DNA from: an uncultured Rhodobacteraceae bacterium
GTDB taxonomy: Bacteria; Pseudomonadota; Alphaproteobacteria; Rhodobacterales; Rhodobacteraceae
DNA length: 64,000 nucleotides
Reading direction: 5' to 3'
Assembly: GCA_937924905.1 (NCBI GenBank)
Contig: CALDUK010000015.1
Span: 3,267-67,266, forward strand
A program made the position numbers and the translations under genes. The notes under the pieces are model-generated. The model was given only the letters and a program-made list of their open reading frames with translations, ran no database searches and was not told the DNA's origin. Shown here piece after piece: positions 36,435 through 46,561 of this stretch (within the stretch, counting starts at the first letter, position 1; each line of letters begins with the position of its first letter).

Positions 36435-37193
36435 ATGACAGAACAGTTTGCCCACCCGCATCACTTCCAGAAAGACCGACCAGCCGAGCTTTTGGGAAAC
36501 AGTATGCCGGGGCTGACCGATCAAGATTGGCTGTTGCTTGGCGGGCTGCGCAGCGTCCATCGGTTTGTGGGCCGCGGGCGGCATCTTTTGAACGAAAACG
36601 AAGATGTCACAATGCTGAAGGTGATCTGTAAAGGATGGGCGGTTCGATGTTCGGCCATCGACAAGGATCGTCGTCAAATCCTGGATTTTCTGCTGCCGGG
36701 CGACGTTGTCGGACTGAACGTCGACGGGCGCGGACAGGCACTTAGCGATGTGATCGCGCTGACGCCCTGCGAAGTGGCCGAGGTGGACCAAACCGCGCTG
36801 CATCGCCTGTCGTCTCAATCTTCCGGCATCACCGATGGCATCCAGTACCTTTTGAAACGTAACATCGCGCGCACCTGTGATCAGGCCGTCCGGTTGGGCC
36901 GCATGACGGCTTATGAACGGGTTGTCAGTCTGTTCCTTGATATCTTTTTCCGCCAGCACAGCACGATGTCCGAAGGGACGGTGGATTTCCCAATCACGCA
37001 GACGGTGGCGGCCGATGCGCTTGGGCTTAGCGTTGTGCATGTGAACAGACAGGTGATGCGATTGCGCCGCGAAGGCGAGGTGGCGCTTACCCGTCGCCAG
37101 CTCACCTTGTTTGACCCGGTCCGCCTATCCGAAACTGTTGGGTATCGGGACCGGGGCTTCAACAACCTGCCATCGGCGATTGCAGCCGAATAG
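36435..37193 (+). CDS. Crp/Fnr family transcriptional regulator
   Basis: GGAGG RBS. cNMP-like beta-barrel (LLPGDVVGL) and C-terminal HTH ITQTVAADALGLSVVHVNRQVMRLRREG. I saw no FNR-type N-terminal Cys cluster. Confidence 0.85.
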   Translation: MTEQFAHPHHFQKDRPAELLGNSMPGLTDQDWLLLGGLRSVHRFVGRGRHLLNENEDVTMLKVICKGWAVRCSAIDKDRRQILDFLLPGDVVGLNVDGRGQALSDVIALTPCEVAEVDQTALHRLSSQSSGITDGIQYLLKRNIARTCDQAVRLGRMTAYERVVSLFLDIFFRQHSTMSEGTVDFPITQTVAADALGLSVVHVNRQVMRLRREGEVALTRRQLTLFDPVRLSETVGYRDRGFNNLPSAIAAE

Positions 37194-37206
37194 ACCAAGC
37201 GCGGGT

Positions 37207-37866
37207 TCAGTCGTTTGAAACGACCAGCCGCAAATGGCCACGGTTGGGGTTGCGGTTCGTGTTGGGCGCGTGCGTATCCAGCCCTGCTTGCTGAACGGCC
37301 ACGGGTGCTGCGCCTGCAAAGCCGGTAAGCGACCGGCGCGTTTGGGAAAGAATATCGATCCGGCGCGGCTGCCGTCCGATTTTGCCTTCCAGAACGATGC
37401 CGCCAAGAACACGGTCGACATCCCCCAGATCACTGCGCAAGGGCAAAAGGATCAGCTCACCATGCAACTGGCCGCGTCCGATCCCGGACGGCGATGCTAT
37501 ATCCATCCGAACCACAGAGGGTTCATCAAACACAGCCGTCAAAGCATCAGACAACAGCTCGCGCGAGCCGGGCAAGACAAGCGCCGACAAGGGCATTTGA
37601 CGCAGTTCCAGCCCGCTCAGCTCGGACAGATGCGACCCAGCAATCCGGAAACGCGCCAAACCGCCTGCAATCCGCTCTAGGATAAACGCGTGCCCCAAAA
37701 GCCCTTCCATACCGCGCGGGTCAATCTCGCACCGCGACGGCACCAAACGGTTGCCGCGTACCGTGTTCCAATAGTGTTCAATCCTGTCGATTTGCTGCGC
37801 CCGCGCAGGGCGTCCCTGCATCGAGATGATGTTGCCATCCTTGAAAGTGTCACCACCCGTACTCAT
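37207..37866 (-). CDS. PAS_5-type PAS domain protein (small alphaproteobacterial family)
   Basis: Track ORF 37207..37941; I prefer ATG 37866. IEHYWNTVRGNRLVPSRCEIDPRGMEGLLGHAFILERI...ARFRIAGSHL is the pattern I associate with this family. Confidence 0.7.
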   Translation of the reverse strand: MSTGGDTFKDGNIISMQGRPARAQQIDRIEHYWNTVRGNRLVPSRCEIDPRGMEGLLGHAFILERIAGGLARFRIAGSHLSELSGLELRQMPLSALVLPGSRELLSDALTAVFDEPSVVRMDIASPSGIGRGQLHGELILLPLRSDLGDVDRVLGGIVLEGKIGRQPRRIDILSQTRRSLTGFAGAAPVAVQQAGLDTHAPNTNRNPNRGHLRLVVSND

Positions 37867-37973
37867 ACAATCCACCGTTTCGACCCTTTGGCCGCCTCTC
37901 ACTTTCCCCACGAACCAATTTCTGCCACAAAATGGGCGCAATTGCTTTCAGAAACTGAATTGAAGGTTAACGA

Positions 37974-38891
37974 ATGAAAGATCGCGTGCTGGCCGAAACT
38001 GTTCTCTCGATGACCGGATTTGCCTCGGTGGAAGGGGGGTATGAAGGCTGGACCTGGACGGTCGAAATGCGTGGCGTAAACGGCAGAACCCTGGACCTTC
38101 GATTGCGCTTGCCGGACCTTGATGGGCTAGAGCCAAAGGTACGCAAAGCCCTGCAAACAAGGCTTGGGCGGGGAAATGTCTCGGTTCTGGTAAAGCTTCA
38201 GCAAAGCGATACGGCGGCCACAACCGTCCTGAATCCACAAGCTCTGGATGCAGCGCTGACCCATCTTCAGGCGATCCAGTTCAAGGCCGCCCAAGCCGGG
38301 GTCGATCTTGCGCCGACATCTGCATCAGATGTGGCTTCGATGCGCAATGTGATTGAAATCACCGATAGGGACACCGAAGACAATTCAGCAGAACTGACCC
38401 GAATTGTTTACGAAACGGTCGAAACCTGCCTTAATCTGTTTGTCGCCGACCGGGCGCGCGAAGGGTCCGCACTGGCCGCTGTCATGGGCGAACAGGTCGA
38501 CCGGATCGAAACCTTGACCCAGAACGCACTTGGCGCGGTGGGCGACCGCGAAACGGCACAGAAAGTCGCGCTGACCCGCAGCCTGGAACGCCTTCTGGGT
38601 GTGACCGATGTTCCAGACGAAGACCGCCTGCGACACGAACTGGCGCTGATTGCTGTGAAAACCGACGTAACCGAAGAACTCGACCGTTTGGACGCCCATG
38701 TCGCGGCGGCGCGCGATCTTTTGCAAACCAAGGGTCCGGTGGGCCGCAAGCTGGACTTTTTGATGCAGGAATTTAACCGCGAGGCCAACACGCTCTGTTC
38801 CAAAGCGCAATCGGCGGCGTTGACAGCCATTGGGCTAGACCTCAAGACGGTGATCGAACAGATGCGCGAACAGGTGCAAAACATCGAATGA
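37974..38891 (+). CDS. yicC: YicC/YloC family stress-induced protein
   Basis: SMTGFAS near the N-terminus and C-terminal [19 protein letters not shown]. Upstream of gmk, which is the conserved arrangement. Confidence 0.88.
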   Translation: MKDRVLAETVLSMTGFASVEGGYEGWTWTVEMRGVNGRTLDLRLRLPDLDGLEPKVRKALQTRLGRGNVSVLVKLQQSDTAATTVLNPQALDAALTHLQAIQFKAAQAGVDLAPTSASDVASMRNVIEITDRDTEDNSAELTRIVYETVETCLNLFVADRAREGSALAAVMGEQVDRIETLTQNALGAVGDRETAQKVALTRSLERLLGVTDVPDEDRLRHELALIAVKTDVTEELDRLDAHVAAARDLLQTKGPVGRKLDFLMQEFNREANTLCSKAQSAALTAIGLDLKTVIEQMREQVQNIE

Positions 38892-39526
38892 CACGCCGCG
38901 GCCTTCTTATCATTTTATCGTCGCCTTCGGGGGCCGGAAAATCGACGCTGGCCAAACGTCTGCGCGCCTGGGATCAGGATATCCGCTTTTCTGTCTCAGC
39001 CACCACGCGTGCGCCGCGCGTTGGCGAAACAGATGGCAAAGACTACCATTTCGTTGATGAGACCAGTTTCAAACGCATGGTCAGCGACCGGGAAATGCTG
39101 GAACATGCCCATGTGTTCGGCAATTTCTATGGTTCGCCCTTGGGGCCAGTGTCGGACGCAATTGAAACCGGCCATGACGTTTTGTTCGACATTGACTGGC
39201 AAGGGGCACAGCAAATCCAGAAAAGCCCCCTGGCGTCCAGCGTCCTGTCGATTTTCCTTCTGCCCCCCTCAATCTCGGAACTGCGCCGCCGTCTGGAATC
39301 GCGCGGTCAGGACAGTGACGAGGTGATCGCCAAACGCATGAACCGAAGTTGGGATGAAATCAGCCATTGGGACGGCTACAACTATGTGCTGATCAACGAT
39401 GATCTTGATCACACCGAAAGTCGTGTGAAAACCATCGTCACCGCCGAACGGTTGCGCGGCAGCCAACAACCGTCGCTTGTTGATCACGTCCGCCAGCTTC
39501 AGGCCGAGTTTGAGGCGCAGCCGTGA
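38888..39526 (+). CDS. gmk: Guanylate kinase
   Basis: [21 protein letters not shown]-loop. ATGA overlap with yicC. 212 aa. Confidence 0.93.
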   Translation: MTRRGLLIILSSPSGAGKSTLAKRLRAWDQDIRFSVSATTRAPRVGETDGKDYHFVDETSFKRMVSDREMLEHAHVFGNFYGSPLGPVSDAIETGHDVLFDIDWQGAQQIQKSPLASSVLSIFLLPPSISELRRRLESRGQDSDEVIAKRMNRSWDEISHWDGYNYVLINDDLDHTESRVKTIVTAERLRGSQQPSLVDHVRQLQAEFEAQP

Positions 39527-40056
39527 CGCTTTATGCGCTGGACGGGCAAGGCCCTGTATTGCCAGCAGATGGCGATGTCTGGATCGCCCCGGACGCGCAG
39601 GTGATCGGCAATGTCACCCTTCACAGCAAGTCGTCGGTCTGGTTTGGCGCAGCACTGCGCGGTGACAACGAACCCATCGTTATCGGCGAAGGATCAAACT
39701 TGCAGGAACATGTCGTGGTCCATACAGACCCCGGTTACCCTTGCGTCATCGGAAAGAACTGCACGATCGGCCACAAGGCCATGTTGCACGGTTGCATGAT
39801 TGAAGACGGCGCATTGATCGGCATGGGGGCCACCATACTGAACGGTGCGCGCATTGGGGCGGGCGCATTGGTTGGGGCAGGGGCCCTGATCCCGGAAGGC
39901 AAAAACATACCCGCAGGCAGTCTTGTGATGGGCATGCCCGGCCGTGTGATCCGTGAACTGACAGATGAACAACGCGCGTCAAACATCGCGTCGGCCGAAC
40001 ACTATCAGACCCGAATGCGCCTGTTCCGCGATAAACTGAACGTCGTGCCGGGCTAG
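39523..40056 (+). CDS. Gamma-carbonic-anhydrase-like / hexapeptide-repeat protein (YrdA/PaaY type)
   Basis: GTGA overlap with gmk. Left-handed beta-helix hexapeptide repeats, [25 protein letters not shown]. 177 aa. Confidence 0.85.
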   Translation: MTLYALDGQGPVLPADGDVWIAPDAQVIGNVTLHSKSSVWFGAALRGDNEPIVIGEGSNLQEHVVVHTDPGYPCVIGKNCTIGHKAMLHGCMIEDGALIGMGATILNGARIGAGALVGAGALIPEGKNIPAGSLVMGMPGRVIRELTDEQRASNIASAEHYQTRMRLFRDKLNVVPG

Positions 40057-40439
40057 TTGTCGCGCTGCGCCATGCGAAAATCCAGACGCGGGCACAGCTG
40101 ACGAACTTCGCGTTCTATAAGATCAGGTTTTGGCAGGTCGTTGCCGTAAGCGGTGTACATGCCGGTATAGCTCAGATTGTGCAAAAGCACGGCCAACTCG
40201 ATGCAATCAAAGGAACGTGCCAAAACCGGCGAGCAGACCATCTCGGGGTCAAAATGCTCCAGGTTTTCCTGCGTGACCTGATGAAACGCAATGAAAGCCA
40301 GGCCGCCACTTGGAAACGAATTTCCCTGGCCCCGCCAATCTTCCAACTCGCCAACAGCCAGAACTTTGACAGAATGTTCGCCTTCGCGATCGACCGAGGT
40401 GAACGAACCCTCGTTTAGGAACAAAGCGTTTTTAGACAT
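40053..40439 (-). CDS. Hypothetical 128-aa protein, possibly a degenerate receiver (pseudo-REC) domain
   Basis: Track ORF with AGGGGT 5 nt upstream of the ATG. The fold guess comes from motif spacing (see finding). Divergent from phoR. Confidence 0.55.
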   Translation of the reverse strand: MSKNALFLNEGSFTSVDREGEHSVKVLAVGELEDWRGQGNSFPSGGLAFIAFHQVTQENLEHFDPEMVCSPVLARSFDCIELAVLLHNLSYTGMYTAYGNDLPKPDLIEREVRQLCPRLDFRMAQRDN

Positions 40440-40643
40440 TAGACCCCTACTGCATGCTTAGGTTGTTGCTGCACACAAAATTCAACTTATAATAAAATTT
40501 TGGATCGTCCAATGAAAATTTGCCGCAGGTTTGGGCGCGGCACAGCTGTCTGGAAATAGCTGCGCATTCGGGGTGTGGACTCTGCGCTCTCTGGTTCCCG
40601 TTCTCATTTCACGGTACCCCCGGCGCACAGATACGGGTTTGCG

Positions 40644-41672
40644 ATGATGCCAAACGACACCAACATTCTGGACGCGCTGCCCATTCCGGCACTTTTGCTG
40701 GGGTCGGACGGGCGGATAATTGGCGCCAATCACGGCGCATCTGCGCTTTTTGGAGATGCCATCGAAGGCCGCCACCACATCACGGTGTTGCGTCAACCGG
40801 CGCTGCTGGATGCGGTCGAGCGTGCATCAACGGGGCAGGGAACAGTTCAGGCCGAATATCTGACAACCGAAGCCCGCCGTGACGTGACATGGTACGTGAC
40901 CTGCGCGCCGCTTGCGCCGGGTGGTGTCCTTCTGTCTTTCGAAGATCGAAGCGCTATGGAAGACGCGGACCAAATGCGCCGCGATTTCGTGGCAAATGTC
41001 AGCCACGAACTTAGAACGCCTTTGACGGCCATTCTTGGGTTCATCGAAACGCTCAATGGGCCCGCCCGGAACGACAAAGCGGCGCGGGACAAGTTCCTGA
41101 ACACGATGGAACGTGAAGCACAGCGCATGAACCGACTGGTAGCCGACCTTCTGTCGCTAAGCAAAGTCGAAGCCGATGAGCGCGTGCGTCCAACCCAGAC
41201 GGTTGACATGGCCCGGCTTGTCGAACGGGTTTTGCATAATCTCAAGCCTTTGATCGACAGCACCGAAGCCGATCTTGTGTTTCAAAAACAAGGCGCGCGT
41301 TTCAACCTGGCGGGGGAAGATGATCAACTTAGTCAGGTCGTGACCAACTTGATTGAAAACGCGATCAAATACGCGGGCCGCTCTGGCCCGGTCGAGGTGA
41401 CGCTCAGCCGTCATGAAAACCACGTCATGCTGCGCGGCGACGCGATTATTCTGACCATCCGCGACCATGGTGACGGCATTGCTGCTGTTCACATACCCCG
41501 CCTGACCGAGCGATTCTATCGTATCGACAGCCATCGTTCGCGCGGAATGGGCGGAACCGGGCTGGGCCTTGCCATCGTCAAACATATCGTCAACCGCCAT
41601 CGCGGTCGGTTGCGCATCGAAAGCACACCAGGAATCGGCAGTGTTTTCACTGTCATTCTGCCCGCCGCCTGA
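40644..41672 (+). CDS. phoR: Phosphate regulon sensor histidine kinase, soluble PAS-HisKA-HATPase form
   Basis: ATG 40644 within track ORF 40575..41672. H-box FVANVSHELRTPL and G2 box GTGLGLAIVKHIV. Lies immediately upstream of pstSCAB-phoU-phoB. No N-terminal hydrophobic segments. Confidence 0.85.
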   Translation: MMPNDTNILDALPIPALLLGSDGRIIGANHGASALFGDAIEGRHHITVLRQPALLDAVERASTGQGTVQAEYLTTEARRDVTWYVTCAPLAPGGVLLSFEDRSAMEDADQMRRDFVANVSHELRTPLTAILGFIETLNGPARNDKAARDKFLNTMEREAQRMNRLVADLLSLSKVEADERVRPTQTVDMARLVERVLHNLKPLIDSTEADLVFQKQGARFNLAGEDDQLSQVVTNLIENAIKYAGRSGPVEVTLSRHENHVMLRGDAIILTIRDHGDGIAAVHIPRLTERFYRIDSHRSRGMGGTGLGLAIVKHIVNRHRGRLRIESTPGIGSVFTVILPAA

Positions 41673-41706
41673 AAGATCAAACCACCGAACCCGCGTCTTG
41701 GCGTGT

Positions 41707-41740
41707 GTGTCATAAAACTGTTACGTTGCTGTCACAAAAC
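41707..41740 (+). promoter_or_regulatory. Pho box (tandem 11-bp PhoB-binding repeats) upstream of pstS
   Basis: GTGTCATAAAA CTGTTACGTTG CTGTCACAAAAC, three phased copies of the CTGTCAT-like heptamer with A/T-rich 4-mers. About 70-100 nt upstream of the pstS ATG. Confidence 0.65.
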
Positions 41741-41812
41741 CATAGCGCGTGCCGCCTAATCAGCCGGCAAGAACCGCGTGGGGCGGTTCAAAGCAAACAG
41801 GAGAGTTTCCAA

Positions 41813-42853
41813 ATGCTGAACGCAAAACTGACCGTCTCTGCCATGGCGATCATTGCAGTTTCCGCAACAACCGCAGCCGCGCGGGACCAGGTGCAGATCG
41901 CCGGATCGTCCACCGTGTTGCCCTATGCCTCAATTGTGGCCGAACTGTTCGGTGACAACACCGACTTCCCGACACCAGTTGTGGAATCGGGCGGTTCGTC
42001 AGCAGGCTTGAAACGATTCTGCCAGGGGGTCGGCTCCGAATATACGGATATCGCCAACTCGTCGCGAAAAATCCGTGAAAAAGAATTGGCAGCTTGCGCC
42101 GAAAATGGCGTGACAGATATCATCGAAGTCCGCATCGGCTATGACGGCATCGTTTTTGCCAGCCAGATCAACGGCCCCGATTACACCGCATTCACGCAAT
42201 CCGATATTTTCAACGCGCTGGCGCCCAAAGTCGTGGTCGACGGGGCTTTGGTCGACAACCCCTATACCAAATGGTCCGACTTCAACGGCGACTTGCCGGA
42301 TGCTGAAATTCTGGCCTTTATTCCAGGGACCAAACACGGCACCCGTGAAGTTTTCGAAGAAAAAGTTATCGCCGCCGGGTGTGAAGCCACAGGTGCGTTC
42401 GAAGCTATGGTGGCCGCAGGCATGTCAGAAGACGACGCCGAAGATGCTTGCCTTGAAGTCCGCACTGACGGCCGTTCGGTCGATATCGATGGTGACTATA
42501 CCGAAACGCTGGCCTCGATTGACGCCAATGCGAACGGTATCGGGGTCTTCGGTCTGGCGTTTTATGAAAACAACACAGACAAGCTGAAGGTCGCGACCAT
42601 GGCGGGGGTGTTCCCGTCAACCGAAACCATTTCAACAGGGGAATATCCGGTGTCGCGCCCGCTCTATTTCTACATCAAAAAGGCGCATATCGGGGTGATC
42701 CCGGGTCTGAAAGAATTTGCACAATTCTTCACGCTGGATGATCTGGCAGGTCCCGAAGGCCCGCTTGCAAATTATGGTCTGGTGGCCGACCCTGAATTGT
42801 CGGTGACACAGGCTACAATCGCGGCAGAAGAAGTCATAGAAGGCGACTTCTAG
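41813..42853 (+). CDS. pstS: Phosphate ABC transporter substrate-binding protein
   Basis: ATG 41813 (CAGGAGAG upstream) within track ORF 41705..42853. Signal peptide MLNAKLTVSAMAIIAVSATTAAA. IAGSSTV and NSSR motifs. Confidence 0.9.
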   Translation: MLNAKLTVSAMAIIAVSATTAAARDQVQIAGSSTVLPYASIVAELFGDNTDFPTPVVESGGSSAGLKRFCQGVGSEYTDIANSSRKIREKELAACAENGVTDIIEVRIGYDGIVFASQINGPDYTAFTQSDIFNALAPKVVVDGALVDNPYTKWSDFNGDLPDAEILAFIPGTKHGTREVFEEKVIAAGCEATGAFEAMVAAGMSEDDAEDACLEVRTDGRSVDIDGDYTETLASIDANANGIGVFGLAFYENNTDKLKVATMAGVFPSTETISTGEYPVSRPLYFYIKKAHIGVIPGLKEFAQFFTLDDLAGPEGPLANYGLVADPELSVTQATIAAEEVIEGDF

Positions 42854-42933
42854 ACCACTGTTTGACAGGGGGTGGCATATTTCGTCGCCCCTTTACTCTT
42901 TTAGGAACTTTCCAAACCGGTGTGGGGACCGAT

Positions 42934-44415
42934 ATGCCTATTTTCTGGCTGATAACGGGGGTGCTGGCCATTGCGTGCATTGGCTATGTGCTGGGCCACC
43001 GCCGCGCCATGGCAAGCGCCGGCGGCAATTTGCGCAGGCTTCATTCCCTGCCAAGTTACTACGGCTTAAATGTCGTGCTCAAAAGTATCGTGCCGGCGCT
43101 TGGATTGACCATTCTTTGGCTGTTGCTTCAGCCGATTTTTGTCAGCAACGCCGTTTCGGGCATGATACCCGACAATGAAATCCCGTTCGGGTCGTCGCGC
43201 GGTCTTGTCATGACCGAAGTCGTCCGCACCGCCAAAGGCTTAAACCAGGCGGTTGCGGCGGGCGAGATAACAGAAGCCACAGCCCAGAATCGCAACACAA
43301 GCGTCGACGATCTGACCGACGCGCTGAAATCAGCAGGGGCGGTGGTGACATCAACACTGACAGCCCCCGTTATGACGGCGGCGCAGGCGTATCGCGAGGT
43401 CAGCCGCAAAGGCTATCTGGGGATGAGCGCGCTGGTACTTTTGGTGGCGACGGTGGGCGCGCTTTGGGCGTTGCGCGAAACACACCCCGACTTTCGCGCG
43501 CGCAATGTGGTCGAACAAGGCATCCGCGCACTGCTGATCGGGGCGGCGTCGATTGCCGTTCTGACAACGCTTGGCATTGTCTTGTCGCTGATCTTCAACA
43601 CGGTCGAATTCTTTCGCCTCTATCCGGCCAGCGATTTCTTCTTCGGTCTGGAATGGGCACCCAGTTTTTCCGGCCGCGGCGGGGCATCCCAGTTGGGCGT
43701 TATCCCGCTTCTTTGGGGCACGTTCTACATCTCTATTGTGGCTTTGGTTGTGGCAGTGCCGGTTGGGCTGTTCGCCGCGATTTACCTGTCTGAATATGCC
43801 ACGCCCACGACCCGCGCCATTGCCAAGCCTTTGCTTGAAATACTGGCGGGGATCCCGACGATTGTGTACGGGCTTTTCGCGCTTTTAACCGTGGGTCCGC
43901 TTTTGGTTAGTGTCTTTGGCGCAGGTGGCGCGTTGGGTGTGAACTGGCAAGGCGGGGGGCGCGCGGTGATGACCGCAGGGCTTGTTATGGGCATCATGCT
44001 AATTCCCTTCGTGTCCTCACTTTCAGACGACATCATCAACGCGGTCCCACAAGCGCTGCGCGATGGATCATATGGGCTTGGGGCGACGCAATCGGAAACC
44101 ATCAAGCAAGTTGTCTTGCCCGCAGCGTTGCCGGGCATTGTCGGCGCGATCCTTCTTGCCGCTTCTCGCGCGATTGGCGAAACGATGATTGTTGTGCTTG
44201 GGGCAGGGGCGGCGGCGCGGCTTGACCTGAACCCGTTCGAAGCCATGACCACAGTGACCGCAAAGATCGTCAGCCAATTGACCGGCGACAGTGATTTCGC
44301 CTCGCCCGAAGCTCTGGTCGCTTTTGCACTTGGGATGACGCTGTTCGTTCTGACGCTGATACTGAATGTTGTCGCGCTCTACATCGTGCGCACATACCGG
44401 GAGCAATATGACTGA
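42934..44415 (+). CDS. pstC: Phosphate ABC transporter permease PstC (long form)
   Basis: ATG 42934 within track ORF 42862..44415. Polytopic, with an EAA-like region RDGSYGLGATQSETIKQVVLP. Confidence 0.88.
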   Translation: MPIFWLITGVLAIACIGYVLGHRRAMASAGGNLRRLHSLPSYYGLNVVLKSIVPALGLTILWLLLQPIFVSNAVSGMIPDNEIPFGSSRGLVMTEVVRTAKGLNQAVAAGEITEATAQNRNTSVDDLTDALKSAGAVVTSTLTAPVMTAAQAYREVSRKGYLGMSALVLLVATVGALWALRETHPDFRARNVVEQGIRALLIGAASIAVLTTLGIVLSLIFNTVEFFRLYPASDFFFGLEWAPSFSGRGGASQLGVIPLLWGTFYISIVALVVAVPVGLFAAIYLSEYATPTTRAIAKPLLEILAGIPTIVYGLFALLTVGPLLVSVFGAGGALGVNWQGGGRAVMTAGLVMGIMLIPFVSSLSDDIINAVPQALRDGSYGLGATQSETIKQVVLPAALPGIVGAILLAASRAIGETMIVVLGAGAAARLDLNPFEAMTTVTAKIVSQLTGDSDFASPEALVAFALGMTLFVLTLILNVVALYIVRTYREQYD

Positions 44416-45743
44416 TGTCTGAAGCCAGCACGAACAACCCGGCGCACGCCCCCAAAACGTCACTTCTTGCGTCAGATGCGCGTACCAAACGTCGCGAAAC
44501 GGCCGAAAAACGTTTTCGCATGTATGGCATCGCAGCCATCGCTGTGGGGCTGTTCTTTCTGATCGTGCTGGCCGTCACCATCGTGCGCTCGGGTCTGCCT
44601 GCTTTCACAAGCGCGGTGGTGGATATCGAGTTCACCCTGACCGAAGTGCAATTTGACGAAGCCGAAGGTACGGTTTTCAAGACCAAGGCCTATCAAGGGT
44701 TCTTCAACGCCGCCTTGGCCGAACGGTTGCAAGCCGCAGATTTCGACGTTGCCTTTGATGAAAAAGCCATTGAACGCTTGCTTGGCAAAACCGGCGGCAC
44801 CATCCGCGAGTTCTTCCGCGCCAATCCTGACAAACTGGGTGAACCCGTCAGTTTCGAATTGCCGGCCTCGTCGCGTGTTGACGGCTATTTCAAAGGCCGC
44901 GTCACCCGCGACACGCTGGTCGACAGCCGTTTCTTGCAGGTCAGCGATCTTGATATCGTCGATGCGATGGTGGACGCAGGCGTGATCAAAACCGTGTTCA
45001 ACTGGAACTTCGTCACCGGCGCAGACACAGGCGTCGACAATCCGGGCGGCGCGGGCATCGGCGCGTCGGTGATCGGATCGTTCTTTATGATGCTGGTCGT
45101 TTTGGTCCTGTCTTTGCCCATCGGCGTAGCCGCGTCCATCTATCTGGAAGAATTTGCACCGCAAAATCGCTTCACCGACTTGATTGAGGTAAACATCTCC
45201 AACCTTGCCGCCGTGCCATCCATCGTCTTCGGTATCCTTGGGTTGGCAGTGTTCATTCAGTTCATGCACCTGCCGCAATCTGCGCCGCTTGTGGGGGGGC
45301 TGGTCCTGACGCTGATGACTTTGCCGACCATCATCATTTCGACCCGCGCCTCGCTCAAAGCGGTGCCGCCGTCCATTCGCGAAGCGGCCCTTGGGGTAGG
45401 GGCCTCCAAAATGCAGACAGTCTTCCACCACGTCCTGCCGCTGGCCATGCCAGGCATTCTGACCGGCACGATTATCGGCCTGGCACAAGCGCTTGGGGAA
45501 ACCGCGCCGCTTTTGTTGATAGGCATGGTGGGCTTTGTTGCGCGCGGCTATCCTGACGGTGTCGTCTCCGGTTTCCTCGACCCGAACTCGGCCATGCCCG
45601 CACAAATTTACACCTGGGCGGCGCGCGCCGATGCCGGGTTCTATGAAAAAGCGTGGGGTGGGATTATCATCCTGCTGCTGTTCCTGTTGGCCATGAACAT
45701 TCTGGCCATCATTCTGCGTCGGCGGTTTGAGCGGCGCTGGTAG
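44415..45743 (+). CDS. pstA: Phosphate ABC transporter permease PstA (long form)
   Basis: TGATG overlap with pstC. REAALGVGASKMQTVFHHVLP EAA loop. 442 aa. Confidence 0.88.
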   Translation: MSEASTNNPAHAPKTSLLASDARTKRRETAEKRFRMYGIAAIAVGLFFLIVLAVTIVRSGLPAFTSAVVDIEFTLTEVQFDEAEGTVFKTKAYQGFFNAALAERLQAADFDVAFDEKAIERLLGKTGGTIREFFRANPDKLGEPVSFELPASSRVDGYFKGRVTRDTLVDSRFLQVSDLDIVDAMVDAGVIKTVFNWNFVTGADTGVDNPGGAGIGASVIGSFFMMLVVLVLSLPIGVAASIYLEEFAPQNRFTDLIEVNISNLAAVPSIVFGILGLAVFIQFMHLPQSAPLVGGLVLTLMTLPTIIISTRASLKAVPPSIREAALGVGASKMQTVFHHVLPLAMPGILTGTIIGLAQALGETAPLLLIGMVGFVARGYPDGVVSGFLDPNSAMPAQIYTWAARADAGFYEKAWGGIIILLLFLLAMNILAIILRRRFERRW

Positions 45744-45752
45744 GGGGCAGCC

Positions 45753-46550
45753 ATGAATGACATGAGACTTTTGCAACGGACGCAGGGCATGAACGATATA
45801 AAAATCCAAGCCAATGGCGTTGACGTGTTCTACGCCGACAACCATGCCATCAAGGACGTCTCGGTTGAAATCGAAGACAAAACTGTCACGGCTTTCATCG
45901 GGCCGTCAGGCTGTGGGAAATCTACCTTCCTGCGCTGCCTCAACCGGATGAATGACACGATCGACATCTGCAAGGTTACCGGTGACATTCTGCTGGATGG
46001 CGAAGACATCTATGACCCAAAGGTGGACCCGGTCCAACTGCGCGCCAAGGTCGGCATGGTTTTCCAAAAGCCGAACCCGTTCCCGAAGTCGATCTATGAC
46101 AATGTGGCCTATGGGCCCCGCATTCATGGATTGGCGAAGAACAAAGCGGAACTTGATGAAATTATTGAGAAATCCCTGCGTCGCGGTGCCATCTGGGACG
46201 AGGTCAAAGACCGCCTGAAACAACCGGGCACAGGTCTGTCCGGCGGCCAGCAGCAACGGCTTTGCATTGCGCGCGCCATCGCGACCGAACCCGAGGTTCT
46301 GTTGATGGATGAACCATGCTCGGCGCTTGATCCAATTGCCACGGCGCAGGTCGAAGAACTGATCGACGAACTGAAACAGAACTATTCCGTCGTGATCGTC
46401 ACACACTCGATGCAACAGGCCGCGCGTGTCAGTCAAAAGACCGCCTTTTTCCATCTGGGAAGCCTGGTTGAATACGGCGAGACCGGAAAGATTTTCACAA
46501 ACCCCGAAGACAGCCGGACTGAAAGCTATATCACCGGCCGGATCGGGTAG
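45753..46550 (+). CDS. pstB: Phosphate ABC transporter ATP-binding protein
   Basis: [52 protein letters not shown] upstream of ATG 45753. Confidence 0.93.
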   Translation: MNDMRLLQRTQGMNDIKIQANGVDVFYADNHAIKDVSVEIEDKTVTAFIGPSGCGKSTFLRCLNRMNDTIDICKVTGDILLDGEDIYDPKVDPVQLRAKVGMVFQKPNPFPKSIYDNVAYGPRIHGLAKNKAELDEIIEKSLRRGAIWDEVKDRLKQPGTGLSGGQQQRLCIARAIATEPEVLLMDEPCSALDPIATAQVEELIDELKQNYSVVIVTHSMQQAARVSQKTAFFHLGSLVEYGETGKIFTNPEDSRTESYITGRIG

Positions 46551-46561
46551 GGGAGAAACCC

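Noticed and set aside
35274-37040. Minus-strand ORFs 35274..36125, 35810..36358 and 36240..37040
   Set aside because: They are antisense to ycjF and the Crp/Fnr gene, overlap one another, and are Arg/Pro/Gln-rich.
42854-42933. Attenuator hairpin between pstS and pstC
   Set aside because: Only an imperfect GGGGTGGC/GTCGCCCC pairing followed by a T-rich tract. It is too weak to call.
44472-45845. 457-aa minus-strand ORF across pstA
   Set aside because: It is antisense to pstA, which is supported by its EAA loop, operon context and start/stop coupling. Its composition is dominated by Arg/Gly/His/Asp, typical of high-GC antisense frames.
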